Notes under the pieces: generated by a model | The model's input: only the letters and a program-made list of their open reading frames with translations | What the model was told of the DNA's origin: nothing | Databases searched by the model: none | Shown here: one piece after another, positions 63,079 through 64,000 of the stretch | Layout: every line of letters starts with the position of its first letter | Numbering within the stretch: position 1 is the first letter of the stretch | Assembly: GCA_964016885.1 (NCBI GenBank) | Contig: OZ024762.1 | Span: 11,222,001-11,286,000, forward strand | Direction: 5' to 3' | Length of the DNA stretch: 64,000 bases | Origin: Eledone cirrhosa | Taxonomy: Eukaryota | Program-made: the position numbers and the translations under genes

Positions 63079-63257
63079 AGAAGATCAAAGTCCGATATGT
63101 CCTCGTTGGAATGTCATTCCTCGGTTTTATGGTTGTCTATGCTCTGCGTGTCAACCTCAGTGTTGCCATAGTTGCCATGACAAACACTGTAAAATCTGGA
63201 GATGAGAACGTCACCAGACATTGCCCTCTACCTAATGACACCAAACTGTCCAATCAT
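63079..63257 (+). CDS. Exon of an intron-containing sialin (SLC17A5)-like gene (TM1 and luminal loop); continues beyond the window
   Basis: tttttcag|AG KIKVRYVLVGMSFLGFMVVYALRVNLSVAIVAM...CP...NH|gtgaga; canonical YALRVNLSVA motif. Confidence 0.88.
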
Positions 63258-63479
63258 GTGAGACTATTAATTCTCTTCTTCCTTGGTATTGTTTGTTAGA
63301 CTAGGATTTTTTCTTTTTTTTTGCAACACACTGACACGTATGTGCATATGTATGAGTTTATACAGACATACATTCACACCTACATCCATGTTCAACACAC
63401 ACACACAAGCATATATATGTGTATATATCATGGACTCTCCCATCGATATCCGACGTGTGAGTGTCCAACAAAAGTTCAG

Positions 63480-63712
63480 CTCTCTGGATGGCAGTGTCTC
63501 ATGTGATATTTCAATCCTGCCAGCGACCCATAGAGCAAGCCACATAGGTCACAAGAGCAAGAGTTTATGGAGAGTCTTGCTGGTATTCAAGGCCCGTTGC
63601 TTTGTCCCTGTTTGGTCAACATGCAATTTCTCTATGTGACTGGATTCAAAGCTCTTGATCGCACTATAATACCATTCTCTACAGTCCTTTCTGTCAGCAG
63701 CAATTTGTTCGC
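63480..63712 (-). mobile_element. RTE/BovB-like LINE C-terminal remnant
   Basis: EQIAADRKDCREW...FE, followed by a degenerate CxxC...HxxxH motif. Confidence 0.5.
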
Positions 63713-64000
63713 TATATATATATATATATATAAAAGGATAAAGATCCCATAACTCCTGGTGGAATTGTAGAGGCACCGTCATGTGTGCCTAGGACACTTT
63801 TAAACCTGATTGAGCCCAACCTTCTCCAGGTCTGAACATAGCCGATTTTTTTCTATAGAAGAAAAATCAACCCCAGTACTGGACTGGTACTTTTTTTATC
63901 GACCTCGAAAGGATGAAAGGCAAAGTTGACCTCGGCAGGATTTGAAATTAGAGCAGGCAATGAGGCGGAACAAATACCGTAAAGCATTGTATCCGATGTC

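Overview
Repeat-rich, AT-rich eukaryotic DNA. It is most consistent with a coleoid cephalopod (Octopus-like SINE families, microsatellite load, sialin expansion); this is inferred, not searched. Genes: (i) a minus-strand tandem cluster of four SLC17/sialin-like MFS transporter copies with intronless coding regions (two intact, one half-gene fused by deletion to a LINE ORF1, one pseudogene fragment); (ii) a complete 14-exon TTC38-like gene (54725->28984, minus, 462 aa), assembled by hand with consistent GT-AG sites and phases; (iii) the first coding exon(s) of a divergently oriented, intron-containing canonical sialin-like gene (+, 60294/63079 onward). Mobile DNA includes a near full-length L1/Tx1 retrotransposon, fragments of R4/Dong, CRE, RTE, CR1, Penelope-like, Tigger, hAT and Helitron-like elements, about 15 copies of one tRNA-derived SINE, and several minisatellites, including a 7.3-kb intronic array that reads as a 2458-aa poly-Asp ORF. 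The main signal not explained by the ORF track is a set of about 10 minimal type-I hammerhead-ribozyme motifs (CUGANGA-stem II-GAAA-palindromic stem III-UH, closed by stem I), sitting in small inserts next to (TA)n tracts. Four of them form two long fold-back palindromes carrying one ribozyme per strand, just upstream of an SLC17 gene.
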